Assembly: GCF_000150275.1 (NCBI RefSeq)
Contig: NW_002060943.1
Coordinates: forward strand, 4,794,008 to 4,858,007
Origin: Trichoplax adhaerens
Taxonomy: Eukaryota > Animalia > Placozoa
Reading direction: 5' to 3'
DNA: 64,000 nucleotides
Shown here: piece by piece, positions 1 to 13,334 of the stretch
How the letters are laid out: each line of letters starts with the position of its first letter
How positions within the stretch are numbered: position 1 is the first letter of the stretch
The notes under the pieces: model-generated
What the model was told of the DNA's origin: nothing
The model's input: the letters and a program-made list of their open reading frames with translations, nothing else
Database searches by the model: none
Program-made: the position numbers and the translations under genes

Positions 1-611
1 TATCAGTTTATACCTTGCTTATGATTACCATCGAACGCTATATGGTGGTGACTAATGCAATGTATTACAAGCGCCATTTAAAATTGCGGGGTGCATGCAT
101 AGCCATGCTGATCGGATGGATATTTGGTCTTACCTTGGCCACTCTACCACTACTCCATGTGAACAGCTATTCTAAGACATGTATTTGCCTACCATCTGAT
201 ATCGATACGCTTGTTGGTAAATTATATATGGCCGTGATTTTAACATTAAATGGAATGGCTACCATTCTAGTTATGGGTTGCTATTTACACATCTTTTACG
301 TTGTCCACTATTCCAATAGCGCTATTACTAGAAATACCGCAAATCGAACGGATTTAATTATTGCTCGTAGAATGTTAATATTGATTTTCGTTGATTTCTT
401 ATGTTGGGCTCCCATCGCCGTTTTTGGCTTAAGTGCTGTTTTTGGCCTGAAATTAATTTCAGTTAGCAAGGCAAAGTTCCTTATGGTCTTTATTTTTCCG
501 CTAAACTCCTGCATGAATCCTTTTTTATATACTTTCTTTAGCAAATCTTTTCATAAAGATTGTAAAGCGTATTGGAATTGTGTTCATAGCAAATTACGTC
601 GAGATTCATAA
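1..611 (+). CDS. 3' part (TM3-TM7 and C-tail) of a class A GPCR, glycoprotein hormone receptor/LGR-like; 5' part lies outside the window
   Basis: Frame is open from position 3: SVYTLLMITIERY (TM3), ECL2 SYSKTCICLP, TM6 IARRMLILIFVDFLCWAPI, TM7 FIFPLNSCMNPFLY. These are LGR/FSHR/LHCGR-type signatures in one uninterrupted exon. Stop TAA at 609-611. Confidence 0.9.
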   Translation, partial: SVYTLLMITIERYMVVTNAMYYKRHLKLRGACIAMLIGWIFGLTLATLPLLHVNSYSKTCICLPSDIDTLVGKLYMAVILTLNGMATILVMGCYLHIFYVVHYSNSAITRNTANRTDLIIARRMLILIFVDFLCWAPIAVFGLSAVFGLKLISVSKAKFLMVFIFPLNSCMNPFLYTFFSKSFHKDCKAYWNCVHSKLRRDS

Positions 612-2668
612 AAGTAACGTGATTGATAGCATTTCAAAGCTAATGAATGAATTGTATTTGATATGGATATTAGCAGATATTGACCGCTGTTGTACAATTT
701 TAACTTTAACATGAGCATAGTAGCTTTACAAGCCATATTATATCAAAATACAGTAACATCAGAAACAGTTTGTTCTATGCCGACAGAGAAGAATATTTAA
801 TCCGCATTAAGAAATAATATTTACTATAAGTTTGTTGTCTTGAAATAGCAAAGAATAAGAAGGACTGTAAGTAATTTCGTGCATGCTTCGGAAAAATGTA
901 GTGGTGTCCTTATTTCTTACTAAGAATATAAATAATTATACTGCAGTTCTTGTGGCTATCATAAGAACATTGTAACTCCAAGTACTTTTGTCTTATTTAT
1001 TTTTAGCTAAACTTACTAATTTTGATTGCTCTTGAGTGAGTATGTGTTTGTGTGTTCATGTATACAAGTATGTATTTATTATGGGCATAGTTTTAACGCT
1101 TATATTTTAACTAGCTACCATATTGTTTGCTTAAAATTTTTAAGCATAGTAAATGTAGTAGAACAATTCTCTAGGCTCAATTTTGTAGCAAGTTATCGCT
1201 ACTTCTATATTATCTCTTGTATAATATTTAATAGATGCTCATAGGACTTCTGTCCGTATCTTTACCGTAATTGGTCGAAATTTAGTTAATATAGCGGTGA
1301 AATATCAATTTTATAGCTATGATCCTTAGCTTTATAGTAAATTCTTACGTTTTGGCTCTTGAATGCTTCGAGTATAATTTAAGTAAATAACAAGCTTTGA
1401 CTAGATTAAGTTGACGCCGTGTTTAAAAATTTACTGAGCTCATAGTGATACGAGTATGTGCTTAATGATAATGTTTTAGTATTTACAAGCAGGTTTGTAC
1501 TAGGATAAATCAGTATCACTGAGGTAATGGAGCTGAGGAACAAGCTCTGGTAAGACTAGAGTAAATTCCTAATTAGTATGTAAAACTATTTACTAAAAGC
1601 TACTAGTGATAAAGTGTTTCCAAAATAATGAACAAGAAGATAGCTAGATTAGGCATTAGGACTAATAGATCTAGTATGGTAAAAAATAAGGTAAACATGG
1701 CACCAAATCTACCTTGAATATTATAGTAATACTTAGCTAATTCATTAATAAAGTAACAATCGTGGTTAAGATCTTCAATCTTAGTTAAGCATCTTGTGAC
1801 TCACTGAAACTTCACCATAAATCATTCTACAAGCTAAGTTTAAATCCAAGTTACAACGTAAATGATTGACATCAGAAGCATTTTTGGAATACGAGTCATA
1901 ATATAGAAAACTCGGACTATAAATTATCCCTCAATTAATACGGAAATAGCGAGGCTGTTCCTGCATACGAGTATTTTATTGACGCAAGCATTATCCGCTC
2001 ATTGCTTTAATTAATTCAGGTAAACAACAGTATGCATACTAGAGTATCTAATTTATAAATTTCTCGATTCAAAACAAATGACCCACCGATCCATGCTAAT
2101 GAACGTGTTAACTACTGGTAGATGTTGTATCGAATCGTTCTCTCTAATAATATATCCTTTATCGTTATTTCCTTAATAAGCGTATAAAATATAAGTTATT
2201 AATTTCCTAGACTAATCACAGTTTGAAAAGTAATACATTTCAATTAACTGCTTAAAGGCCAACAATCGACTGTACTGGATTATCACTCAAATTCTGCTTG
2301 AGGCTCATGTTAAATTTCTATTTTCATTTATTTGGCAATTTCTATAATAGATAATGACTAATTCTACTGATCATGACTTCACCATGACCAGGCATTAAAT
2401 TGCTTAATAATTTTATCGATAGAAAATTCCATAGATAAATTTTTCAATGGCAAAGAGATGATAACATTAATAGCAAACTTTAAGATAAAAAACAGCATAG
2501 TTTAAGTCATCAGTTTCGAGAGTGTTAACTTTCAATTAGTATGCTGACTTTTGTCATTTACGTAGATAAAAAGACCCACATGACTTTGTACTATACAGCA
2601 GCTACAGTTATAAATCGTCATACGATAAGCCAGTGCTTGACGACCAGAAATACGTATTAAAGATTTTA

Positions 2669-5600
2669 TTACATATCCGGAATAGGAGGAGATCTTACTG
2701 ACTCAGTGGATCCAATACTAGCAGTGGTTGCAAATCTGGGTTCTGGCTTGTAGCTCTTTGCTTTCGGTGTAGTACCCCTACCCATAAAGCCCCTGATTAA
2801 ATCTATTGGAATTGGGAAAATAATGGTTGAATTCTTTTCACTTGAGATTTGCGTTAAAGTTTGCATATATCTTAATTGCAATGCCGCTGGAGAAGCAGCA
2901 ATAACATCGCCAGCCTCCTTTAGTGCTCTTGAAGCGTTTTGCTCTCCTTCAGCCGAGATAACCTACGAATCAACGCCAAATTTTAATTACAAAACAGTGT
3001 AATCATTTCGTTAAATCGTCGACACTATTAGGAATCTACCAATAATATATCTAGGTCGTTCATATAAAGATATTTGATACCTTAGCTCTAGCTTCACGAG
3101 AGGCTTCAGCTTCCGCAGCCATAGCACGTTGTAATTGCACAGGCAAGCGAACATCTTTCACTTCGACTCGTTCAACTTTAATTCCCCAGGCATCAGTAGC
3201 ATCGTCCAAAACTGACTGCATATGAAATTGAGTTATATAATAAGAAAAACAAGAATCTTCCAATTTAAATCTGCCATATGATTAACATTGCGAAGTTATT
3301 ACGCTTCATAACTTGCAGCATACCTGCATTTGATGACTAGTCGTTTCTCGATCTAATAATATTTCAGACATGTTTTTGGTACCCAAAACATTTCTAAGAG
3401 TAGTTTGAGCAAGTAGGCGCGTTGATACATCGAAATTTTCAATATTCATTACAGCCATAGTAGGATCACAAACGCGATAATAGACAACTGCATCAACTGC
3501 AACTGTCACGCTATCTCTAGACAAAATCTGACATATATTGCAAATAAAATCATTTAATCAATCTTTGCATAAAATTTTCCAATAGTTCCATAAAAACAAT
3601 TATTTCTCTACCAATGTGATTGTAATATGTATAATTCAAGATACAAAATTGCATCCAGAGTATTACCCACAAAGGCAATTATCAATAATAATTACGATTT
3701 CTATCGGACTTACTTCTTGAGGCGGAATATCAAAGGCGACAGTACGCAAGTCGATTTTGTGATATTTATCAGTACAAGGATTTATCCAAAATAATCCTAA
3801 TTAGACAACATGAAATAGGTAGGATCTTACTAAAACTACGTTAATATCAAGCAAGTCATATTAGAATAGACGCCATAAATTTAGTAATTTGCAGCTATTG
3901 GTGCTAATTGATAATGAAGTAGCATTAACGTGATCATGGGAGTCAAATCTAAGACATAAATTGAGTCATAGCAAAATATTTATCCAATTACGTGACGCCT
4001 GATTCACCAAACTTCTCAAGTACAGTACAGCTAAAAAACGACAAAATTTGAACGAATCTCAATATACGCTAGCCGCTCGTACAAAAATTGTGTTAATCTA
4101 TATGTAGAGACGGGGCACTACTTACTGAAATTTCTATAAGATAGAAAGAGAATCCTTCATTTGCAACTTATGACTTTTCAGTAACAATCAAGAGTTGTAC
4201 ACTACGCGGAGAGGGTAACCGATAACTAATGTGCTTTGCTTGGTATCGTACGTATTGCAGTTGAAAGCAATTGTCAATAACTTTAATTTACTTCAATTTT
4301 TAGATTATCAGGATAGTTTGTTAAATTAAATAGCAATCAAATCTTATACCTGGTCCTCTGGCACCACCAGAAAGCAACCTGCCTAATCGAAACATTACTG
4401 CCCTTTCATATTCTTGTACAATCTAAGAAAAAAACATTACGACAAAGCTTGCATCAATGAAACAGTGCTGACTAATGGTAAGGACGTATTATGGCAGAAA
4501 ACCATTTCGAAAAGAGATTAAATGTGAGAGGTAAATATAATTATTCATTTCAGCATGTATTGCAATGTCTAGCTTAGCAACTGTTCACTGTAGAACGTTA
4601 GAAGAGTACAATGAACAATAGGCTGGCCAAGATCCAATCGAGAAGTCTTTGTTACGTTAAAATTAGCCAACAAGCCCATAATCGGAAATAACATGACTAA
4701 GTGTCCTTACATAGACATGGTTGGCGATAGCATAGCTTTCCGTATTTTATCCAGGATTGTAACGAATGATTAAATGATTTAAAATGTAATTTGTTTGCTT
4801 ACTATCGCATGAGAGAAATTAAATATGTTTTACTGGTATGTAGCATACTAAAATTAGCAATTACACCATCTGGCTGACCGATATTTTACATAGTCAATTA
4901 TTGTTGACAAAAGATACCGTTAAAAAATAACGAACCTAACCTCCAAAAATTTCAGCATCACTACAATTTTATATCCAATATCCACTATTAATGGGGCCTT
5001 ATTACTGTACTGAAAAGCAGAGCCTCTAAAGTACTTCATCCGATGATTGTGAGGACATTACTAAAAATTTCTACAAAAAACCCCTTGCTGAAGTGTACAG
5101 TAAGCTACAACGATTTATACTGTAGAATTGTAACAGCAAACAAACGGCCTAACTACAGTATAACGGCAATAAGATGAATCAAGAAATTTTGCCATGATAT
5201 ATTCCATCTGGCATCACGACCATTGCGAACTGAATGTGCATTAGATCATGTGTGTGTAAACGGCATGTGTTAAATTAAAAATCGAACGGTAACTTTGCTA
5301 GTTTAGAAATAGCACACCGAATACAATTTATCTATTTATACACCTGATTATGGTTTGATTTGATTTAAACGGTTTAATATATTGAGTAGCGTGTCATCAA
5401 CAGGACATAAAACATTTCCTACCTTAATGCAATGGAAGATCATGATTGGAAAAGTGATTATGAGAAATATGTAGGAGATAATCAGAATTATATTTCCACA
5501 AACTCCGTAGTTAGATTGAGCTTCAGCATCTAAACGGTAAAAATTATTTTTCAAGTTAAGTATTGTATTAGAAAAGGGAAAAATTGACAAGAGTGCTTAT

Positions 5601-6477
5601 CGGTACATGGCTTATTTAAAGAGATGGACCATCTAGAGCAAGATAAATTTGGACGATATTATACAGTGTGTATCATGTACATCTTGGAATGACTTATGAG
5701 TGCAGAAATGTTACTGTAACAGCAAGATGGCATTGTAACGAAATAAGTTTCAAAGTATTATAGTTAATCATCTACGTTGTTATGGAAGTCAAGTGTTTCC
5801 AAATATTCAGCGAAAATCTTGTCAGTGAAGTATTGACACACTGTATTTTTAAGAGTATCTATCGTATGAACTTTATAATTTGTTGTTGTACATATTCAAT
5901 GTTTCATCATAATTTGGCTTGAGCGATGAAAATTCAGCAAGGTGCCAATAAGACCCTTGCTGCCTATATATAAGATATACTATGCCATATATCGTTTTTG
6001 CGTATTTAATAACTTTCAAGAACTTCAAGATGTGTACAGTACAACAACATCATCGCTGTTTCTATCGATCGGCAATTTGTGAACAATTAATCAGAGATGT
6101 TAGCGATAGTATGAATTTTGTGGTGTATCAATCACTTGGGATCTCATTTTTAAGAAAATCACTTTTTTCAATCATTGTTAGCAAAGCATGATTGTGGAAT
6201 AAACTGGTGATGATGTATGATACAGTAGTACGAGTTGTATTAAAGTTACCTGTTCGACATACATCCAAAAATTGTACAAATGATGATGAACCTAATTACT
6301 GTATCACTGTCAGTAAATACTGTCTACGAAAGTTGACGAAGAGGATCAATTCGATTAAAAGTTTAATCGAATGGATTCCTGTAAGGTTAGATATAGATAT
6401 GTTTTACCTCGATTAAATACTGCCTGCTCTGAGCGTATAGGAAGTTCACGGAATCCAATTTCTTCTTTAGCAGCCAT
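2669..6477 (-). CDS. Stomatin-family (SPFH/band 7) protein, paralog A, ~321 aa, 7 coding exons
   Basis: Exons 6477-6408, 5529-5423, 4422-4350, 3796-3714, 3527-3324, 3215-3081, 2962-2669; all GT-AG and in phase. Motifs: YGVCG, hydrophobic hairpin with Pro (ITFP), [80 protein letters not shown]. Confidence 0.93.
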
Positions 6478-8019
6478 TCCGCTACTAATCTAAAGTAGTG
6501 GAGAATAGAATTAAATTATATTAATCCTATGCAAGAGGTCGTTTCAAAATTGATTTCCAAAGTCGGCCAAATCAACTTGCTAGCGTAAACTAAACTACAT
6601 ACGAATATTGATAAACATTTCAACTTGATCACTCGATAGCTAGCAACTTGTATCAACTTCTCTATAGGTAAGAATTCATAACAACTGCATTTTAATGACT
6701 ATTTTCTATTGCAGTAGCGATCTCAAATGATGGATGATAAAGTAAAATCAATTAGTTCATCCGTCCTACATAGGTTGTCCTTCAACATAGAAATAGCACA
6801 TGAAAGGCGTTGATCTAAAGCCATGTTTTTGTTGTTGGATTTAATTTAGCAATAACGAATCTACCTACTGCATGTTGTACCTTACCTCTCAATTCTACAG
6901 TACTACACGGGCTGGATTGAGCGCTTTGCCACGTTAATCGGGCTTACAACTTGTATCCAAATATCTACAATTCAATGGCTGTCTATTCTAATAGTCACTC
7001 TAGTCTATACTAAACGATTGGATCTGTTTATCTTCTACTTGAAAAGAAAGATAAAGTGATTTCAAAATTTTTCCCTTACTATTCAGGCAAACCTACTGTA
7101 TACAAAGCTTCAACATGGAAATACTGTTGGTTACTGTAGACTAATGATACAATAGACTATTCAATCAATCAATCCAGTTGGTATTACTACTGTGCTCTCC
7201 TGTAGTCTAGTGTTAATGTGTCCTGTAGGAATACTCGTTCAATGTCTGGGTGGACGATTGCAATCGCTGGACTATTACTGTCTATCCTACTCCTACTCTG
7301 GTCGCGATGGTAAAATAAATGAAAACAAGACACAGTACTTGCGCACTTGGACAGACTATCATTTACTCTTATAGTATTGATTAACAACGGTTGCATACGG
7401 CAGCACAGCATGGCAATATGCCGGTTGCTCAATTGGTAATTGTCAATCTCCACGCATCCTTATGTCATGATATTAACTACTGTAACAGCTCGGATCCACC
7501 TCCTCCATTGAATGTGCTACTTGAACTCGCTCATCAATAACGATAAAAGTGTGAAGGAAATGATCAAGCATGATGGTAGTGCAGTTTAGATGGATTGAAA
7601 TACAATCTATTGCAGACGAGATCACCTCGCTTACCAATGGATAGCTATCATCATTCATAGCTCATGAGTTTTGGCCGTTTTGCAGTGAACGTCAGGTTCA
7701 CTCTCCTAATCTATCTTCAATTTCTCTATTTTGCAGCAATATCCCACAATCAGATGATAGAATGATTCAGATTGAAATAGGTTCAATTTCTTGTTCACTT
7801 TCCAAGCGTGCAAAGCAGGATTTCCACTTGGCTTGGAAACTCGCTTTGCTAAGTAGTGTACTGTAGAGTTACTAGTACTATTGTTTTTAAGTCATGTGAC
7901 TAAGCCATTTTAGTTTGGCAGGCGAAGGAAGGGACTACATGACGTCATTGTATTACGGTATCGTACCGTAATGAACCGTAACGTTAAGCGAAAGCTTAAA
8001 ACACCTTCTACTGTACTTT

Positions 8020-8200
8020 CGGTACGGTATACACTACAGTACATTTTTACATAACAGTACAGTACACTGCACTTGTCACTGCTGCACTGTACAGTACAGT
8101 ACGCTGTACACTGATAGTACAGCGTGCATTTTGCTATGCAATGAAACACAAGCCATACTGTGAAGCCTTCCGTATCGTTCGTACAGTCCAATACAGTTTT
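8020..8200. repeat. TACAG/CTGTA/GTAC-rich palindromic low-complexity cluster in the divergent stomatin promoter region
   Basis: For example acagtacagtacactgcac...ctgtacagtacagtacgctgtacactg; a weaker second patch at ~8490-8545. Confidence 0.7.
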
Positions 8201-8649
8201 AGGATGGGCTACTATTCTAAAAATAACACTGTAGGCGTCACATGACCTCATGAAGAACTCTATAAAAGCCAAGCTTGAAGCAGCGATGATTGTCATCCAA
8301 AGAGAGATTCTACTGTCACGTACTGCATTGCATTGTACACTGTCAAGTAGTATTGTTACCATAGACTGACAAAGGAGAAGTTCGTCTTCAAAACAGTTCA
8401 CCTTCCCAACCACTACCGTGACTCCTGCTTCAAGAATAATAAGGGTCAATTGCCGTATTTTGTCTGTCCGTCGCCATTACCGTATCATTCAGTACTGTAC
8501 CGTGTATACAGTACTTGGATAGCCAGTTCTACAGTGTATAGACAGTAGCGTAACAGTTCACACTTGGCTTTCATTAGTGCACCAAGTTTTTCCTTCGCTT
8601 GCTTACCCACTTTGAAATCTTCCTTGGAAACTCGCTGGGAAATAGTAAA

Positions 8650-11600
8650 ATGGCTGATAAAGGAGAAATATCTCAGCGCGAAATAAACCCTAGAAGTGAA
8701 AGTGTTGGCTTCACTCGACGTAAGTTATTTTTTTTGTATCCAAAATAAGAAAAGAGGGGGAAAGAAATGGCGCAAACTAAGCTGTACATTGTTGACACTC
8801 ATAATACCCCAAGTCGGTTCCATCACGATAGGTTGAGCCTGTGTGGACGATAGGTACACACCAGGATAAGTAAATTATATTATTCATGGCGCTATCATAT
8901 GAATTCATTAAATACTATATGCTGAGAGTTAGCGCAATGAATTCAATTCTTGGTAGTACTGCTGTAGTTTGGAAGCGTCGATAACATTAGACAATATATG
9001 GCAATGAGCGCATTCCAAGCTGACCCAATTTCGCTAGTGGGAGACATATGGAAATTGCATATTGCATTGCTTGAATTGTGGATACAGTATAGTATATACA
9101 GTACGATATTGATGAATCAAGTCAATCAACCGTCGTTCAATGATTATCTCTTAATAGAGTGGCAGTAGTCGAACACAGAAAAAGCAATCTTAACCCTTAA
9201 TCACGATCGACTAAGAGTGGAAACGTAACGGTGGCCTTCTCCGCTGTTGCAAGGACTCGACTGTCAGGCACTCCCACTAAGATACTGCAGAATAGTAATA
9301 ATAATTATTATTACAAGAAGTCCCCGGTACTGCCATAGGATGAGTGGCCAATGCTGCACATTAAGGATATTGCAAATTGCTCCAAATCCTTCACAATTTC
9401 ATTTTACTCGTTTAGAGATTGGTTCATTTACTTTCATAAGCTACTCTGCAGTACTTTGCAGCAGAGACGACTTACATTACCATATCAACTAGTATCGTCT
9501 AGTCAGCTGCTGTACCTGTCCAATGGCCATGATAATAGCCTGTAGTAATAGTGAGTTACAGAAAGACCGTCAAAGCCAATGCCGGCAAATATCCCTACTT
9601 TTAGATCCCTAGCTGTACTCCACAATCAATTAAAAAGTGTAGTCATTCTTTCACTGTACCATAGAGATCTGTAAAAAATCGAAATCTTATTCACCCGTAA
9701 TTAATTAGTATTTTATAGCCTACAGTCAACTCAAGTAGATGTGAAAATACGAGCTACTCATCATACAGCAGTTGGAATCTGATTGTTTCTTCTTCCAAAA
9801 AATTACTATGTCATCAAAAAAAGATGCTACAGACTTTTAGAACAAAATAGATATACCAAATCAACTGTGCCTATATTATATCGTAGTTAGTATGGACAGG
9901 ATTACCGTTATTATTAAATACTAACTTAATGTGCTATTGACAAGATTGTGTAGATAGTTATTTTGATGAAACCCTGCTGAAAATGTAACGTAATCAAAGT
10001 TCTTCCTACAGTATTACTTGGTGTACATTAGCTACATATAATTCAACCCGGTGGCAAGATATATTTATTGAAATATTCAAGAATGAAGTCGAAATCAAGC
10101 ACGATAGGACGCGGCTATTTTAAATTCACTTGCCCTAATTTATATCATAGATATTTTGATTTATCCAAATTTTAAACGTATCTGGACGTGAAAGGTGTCA
10201 AGTTATCAAGTGTCGAAACATGCGTATAACAAGCAATCATCACTTCTCAACTCTGTTACGCTCTATCTTATCTGGTAGAACACTGTAGTTAGGCATCACT
10301 GCACAACCTACCGTAAAGGCAATCATATTCCTCAACTACTGTAGTCGAGCTTATGAGGACATCTTGTTTTTTAATTTTGAAAGTCACTTAATTGTAATAC
10401 AATTATGTTCTACCTCTTGTGAAACAATCGTAGTCGAAGAACGTACTGGATGCATGTGAAGAAATGCTCACATTAAGAACATCATGCAGCAGCAGTTGAG
10501 TAATTAAGAAAAATTGACCTGTACTTATTAATTTAAGAAACAAGAAGTAAAGCAAATTTCTGTTACGGTATGCTAATTATAATTATTATTGTATTCGGTG
10601 TACGCGAGTCTCTTTCTACGTATTGTATATTTATGGGTACAGTAATACCCCTCTACCAGGGCATCGGTGTTCATTTTCTTCACCAGTCTACTCGTAGCAG
10701 TAAATAGTGATCCTGCCACTTGGTATTACGGAATTGGGAATGTTAGAGTCAATAGGTAAAATACTTTTTTGTCTTGACTATATGTCAATGCAATATAAAG
10801 TCCCGACAAGAAAATAAATATGAATAGTTAAACCAGATCGATTGGAGTGATTTTGACAGTGACGTCTGTATAGGATAGCGGCCGTTGCTATGGAAGAAAA
10901 TTTATTAATTAGCATATTTAATATTAATTAATTAATCCAGTCCAACCCCATGGAAGCCCTGCAATCTAAGATTACTGTACTGCCAATTATTTGTAGTAAA
11001 GATTACTATATTTTCGTACTGCGCAAGTCTCAATACCAGTAGATTTACTCGATGGTTGCACAATCCACTTCGACACTATATTGTACTAGACTTACGGAAA
11101 GTAGCGTAAACTAAATACTTACACTTTTGGTTCTTATGTTTACTGTACAGTATACTATAGCTTAGTAGAACTGTAAATTAATATCAATAAAGAGTATCCG
11201 TATATCGACTGGTGCTCATTAACGAGTCGAACGACCATTTTACACGCTTCAATTCTACTAATTATCGTATTTCATAATGTCATTTGTACGGTATTTTGTT
11301 CTCTGAATTATTCCTACCCGTCATTGAGTCGACTGCAAGTAGACAATTGATAATGGTTAGATGTGCATGTTAGACTATTCTAAGTTGGGTGATACTTATT
11401 TAAACTTAATGTTATAGCGTCATAGTTTGTTGAGCGAGCACTGTATCCTCAACATTTAAACGACTAGTGACTATGGTAATACTATTCGCAATCGTGTCAC
11501 TTGAACAACTTTGATAATTAAAATGCATTAAAATATTTAATTTTATAGCTCCTTCGACTGAGGAAGGATATGGTTGCTGTGGAATTATCCTAATGGCGAT

Positions 11601-13334
11601 TTCCTTCCTGGTAATGTTAGCAACCTTACCAGTCTCGATTTTCATGTGTATCAAGGTACGTATTATTCCTAATGGAGATAGCGGATGATTTAACAGTATC
11701 CTGTAATGGAGGATCTTTATAAAATTATTATCACAATCACCATTACGTTTACACGCATAATAGGCTAGCAATTTATAATTTTCTGTACAACAGTTTGTTT
11801 GAAGATGACATATTTCTCATTGAATAACTAATAACCTCAGTTGCTGTAACCTCACGACTCTAAAATTTTTTTTATTATACGAAAATGTTTCAAACAGGCG
11901 TTAATTCTGCTCAAAATGTAACATATGCGGCTAGCTAGATCTTATGTACACAATATTTTGAAAGATGACAAACTACACGTCTATTTATTAGAGTCGTTAA
12001 AATCCAAGTATTAAGTGATCGGACATTACCTGATTGTCTAATTCCATAACTCTTTAGGTCGTACAAGAATACGAAAGAGCTGTTATTTTTAGATTGGGTC
12101 GCCTTATGCAAGGAGGGGCTAAAGGACCTGGTAAAGCATTATAAGTGAATTTACATATTATGCCTGATTTCTACTCATGTACAAACCTACGATCGCAGTA
12201 ACCTTTGTATTCAAAGTTTGTAACACATTATATTTGCTGATACTAAGCCTGATCGTTTTACATTTGTAGGGTTGTTTTTTATTCTTCCATGCACAGACAC
12301 CTACATTAAAGTCGACTTGCGTACCGTGTCCTTCGATGTTCCACCGCAAGAGGTAAACTATAGTGCTCTCTATTGATTACCATATACAACAGAACGCAGC
12401 AGTAAAACGTGCATTGGTACTACGGTAGTTATCGATATGGTACGTTTATTAACCGAGATTATACTTCATAATAATGGAATCTATGGACTTTGTAAAATGT
12501 AGATACTGTCAAAAGACAGCGTAACTGTTGCTGTGGACGCAGTCGTTTATTTCCGAATCTTTGATCCGACGATGTCTGTTACTAACGTTGCCGATGCAGA
12601 TCGTTCCACGAAATTATTAGCACAAACAACCCTAAGAAATGTTTTGGGTACTAAAAATTTGACTGAAGTTTTAGCTGACAGAGAACAAATTAGTCATTAT
12701 ATGCAGGTAAGAAAATATTTATTTTCTTAGAAGATCTACTTACTGTTGAGTGTATTTGTAGTTAAATTAATATTTTCGTCTGGTAGTCCATCTTTGGCCA
12801 ATATGTCTAAAACTAGAAGATAAGAAATTATGAATTGACTTGTCGATTGGTTTTTAACATTGCTATTTTATTTGACAAAAAGACTACATTAGATTCAGCT
12901 ACCGATGTTTGGGGAGTAAAAGTCGAACGTGTAGAAGTAAAGGATGTCCGCCTTCCAGTACAACTCCAACGCGCTATGGCCGCCGAGGCGGAAGCTACAC
13001 GAGAGGCTAGAGCTAAGGTACTGTATGCTATTATAATTTCACAAATGAAAGTACAAAAAATAGTAATGCTCATCGACTTGTTTGCGTTTAGGTTATTGCG
13101 GCTGAAGGTGAACAAAACGCTTCAAGAGCATTTAAGGAAGCTGCTGATGTAATATCTGCATCGCCTGCTGCCCTTCAGTTACGTTATATGCAAACATTAT
13201 CCCAGATTGCATCGGAAAAGAACTCAACAATTATATTCCCATTGCCCATTGAATTCATGAAAGGTTTCATGGGTAATGAACAACCTTCGCAGGATCAAAC
13301 TATGGTGAAGGCGCCTTCAGTTTCTAAACTTTAA
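8650..13334 (+). CDS. Stomatin-family protein, paralog B, ~304 aa, 7 coding exons
   Basis: Exons 8650-8719, 11549-11655, 12058-12130, 12270-12352, 12503-12706, 12883-13017, 13092-13334. Exon lengths (70/107/73/83/204/135) and motifs match paralog A. Exon 1 MADKGEISQREINPRSE aligns with [17 protein letters not shown] of paralog A. Confidence 0.93.

Noticed and set aside
7910-8449. 179-aa ORF on the minus strand
   Set aside because: The Y/C/T/V/Q-rich translation comes from the stop-poor TACAG array, and there is no recognisable domain.
12871-12882. Purine-rich acceptor (tttgacaaaaag) as a sign of pseudogenisation of stomatin B
   Set aside because: It gives exactly the 135-nt exon seen in paralog A, and AAG acceptors occur elsewhere in the window.
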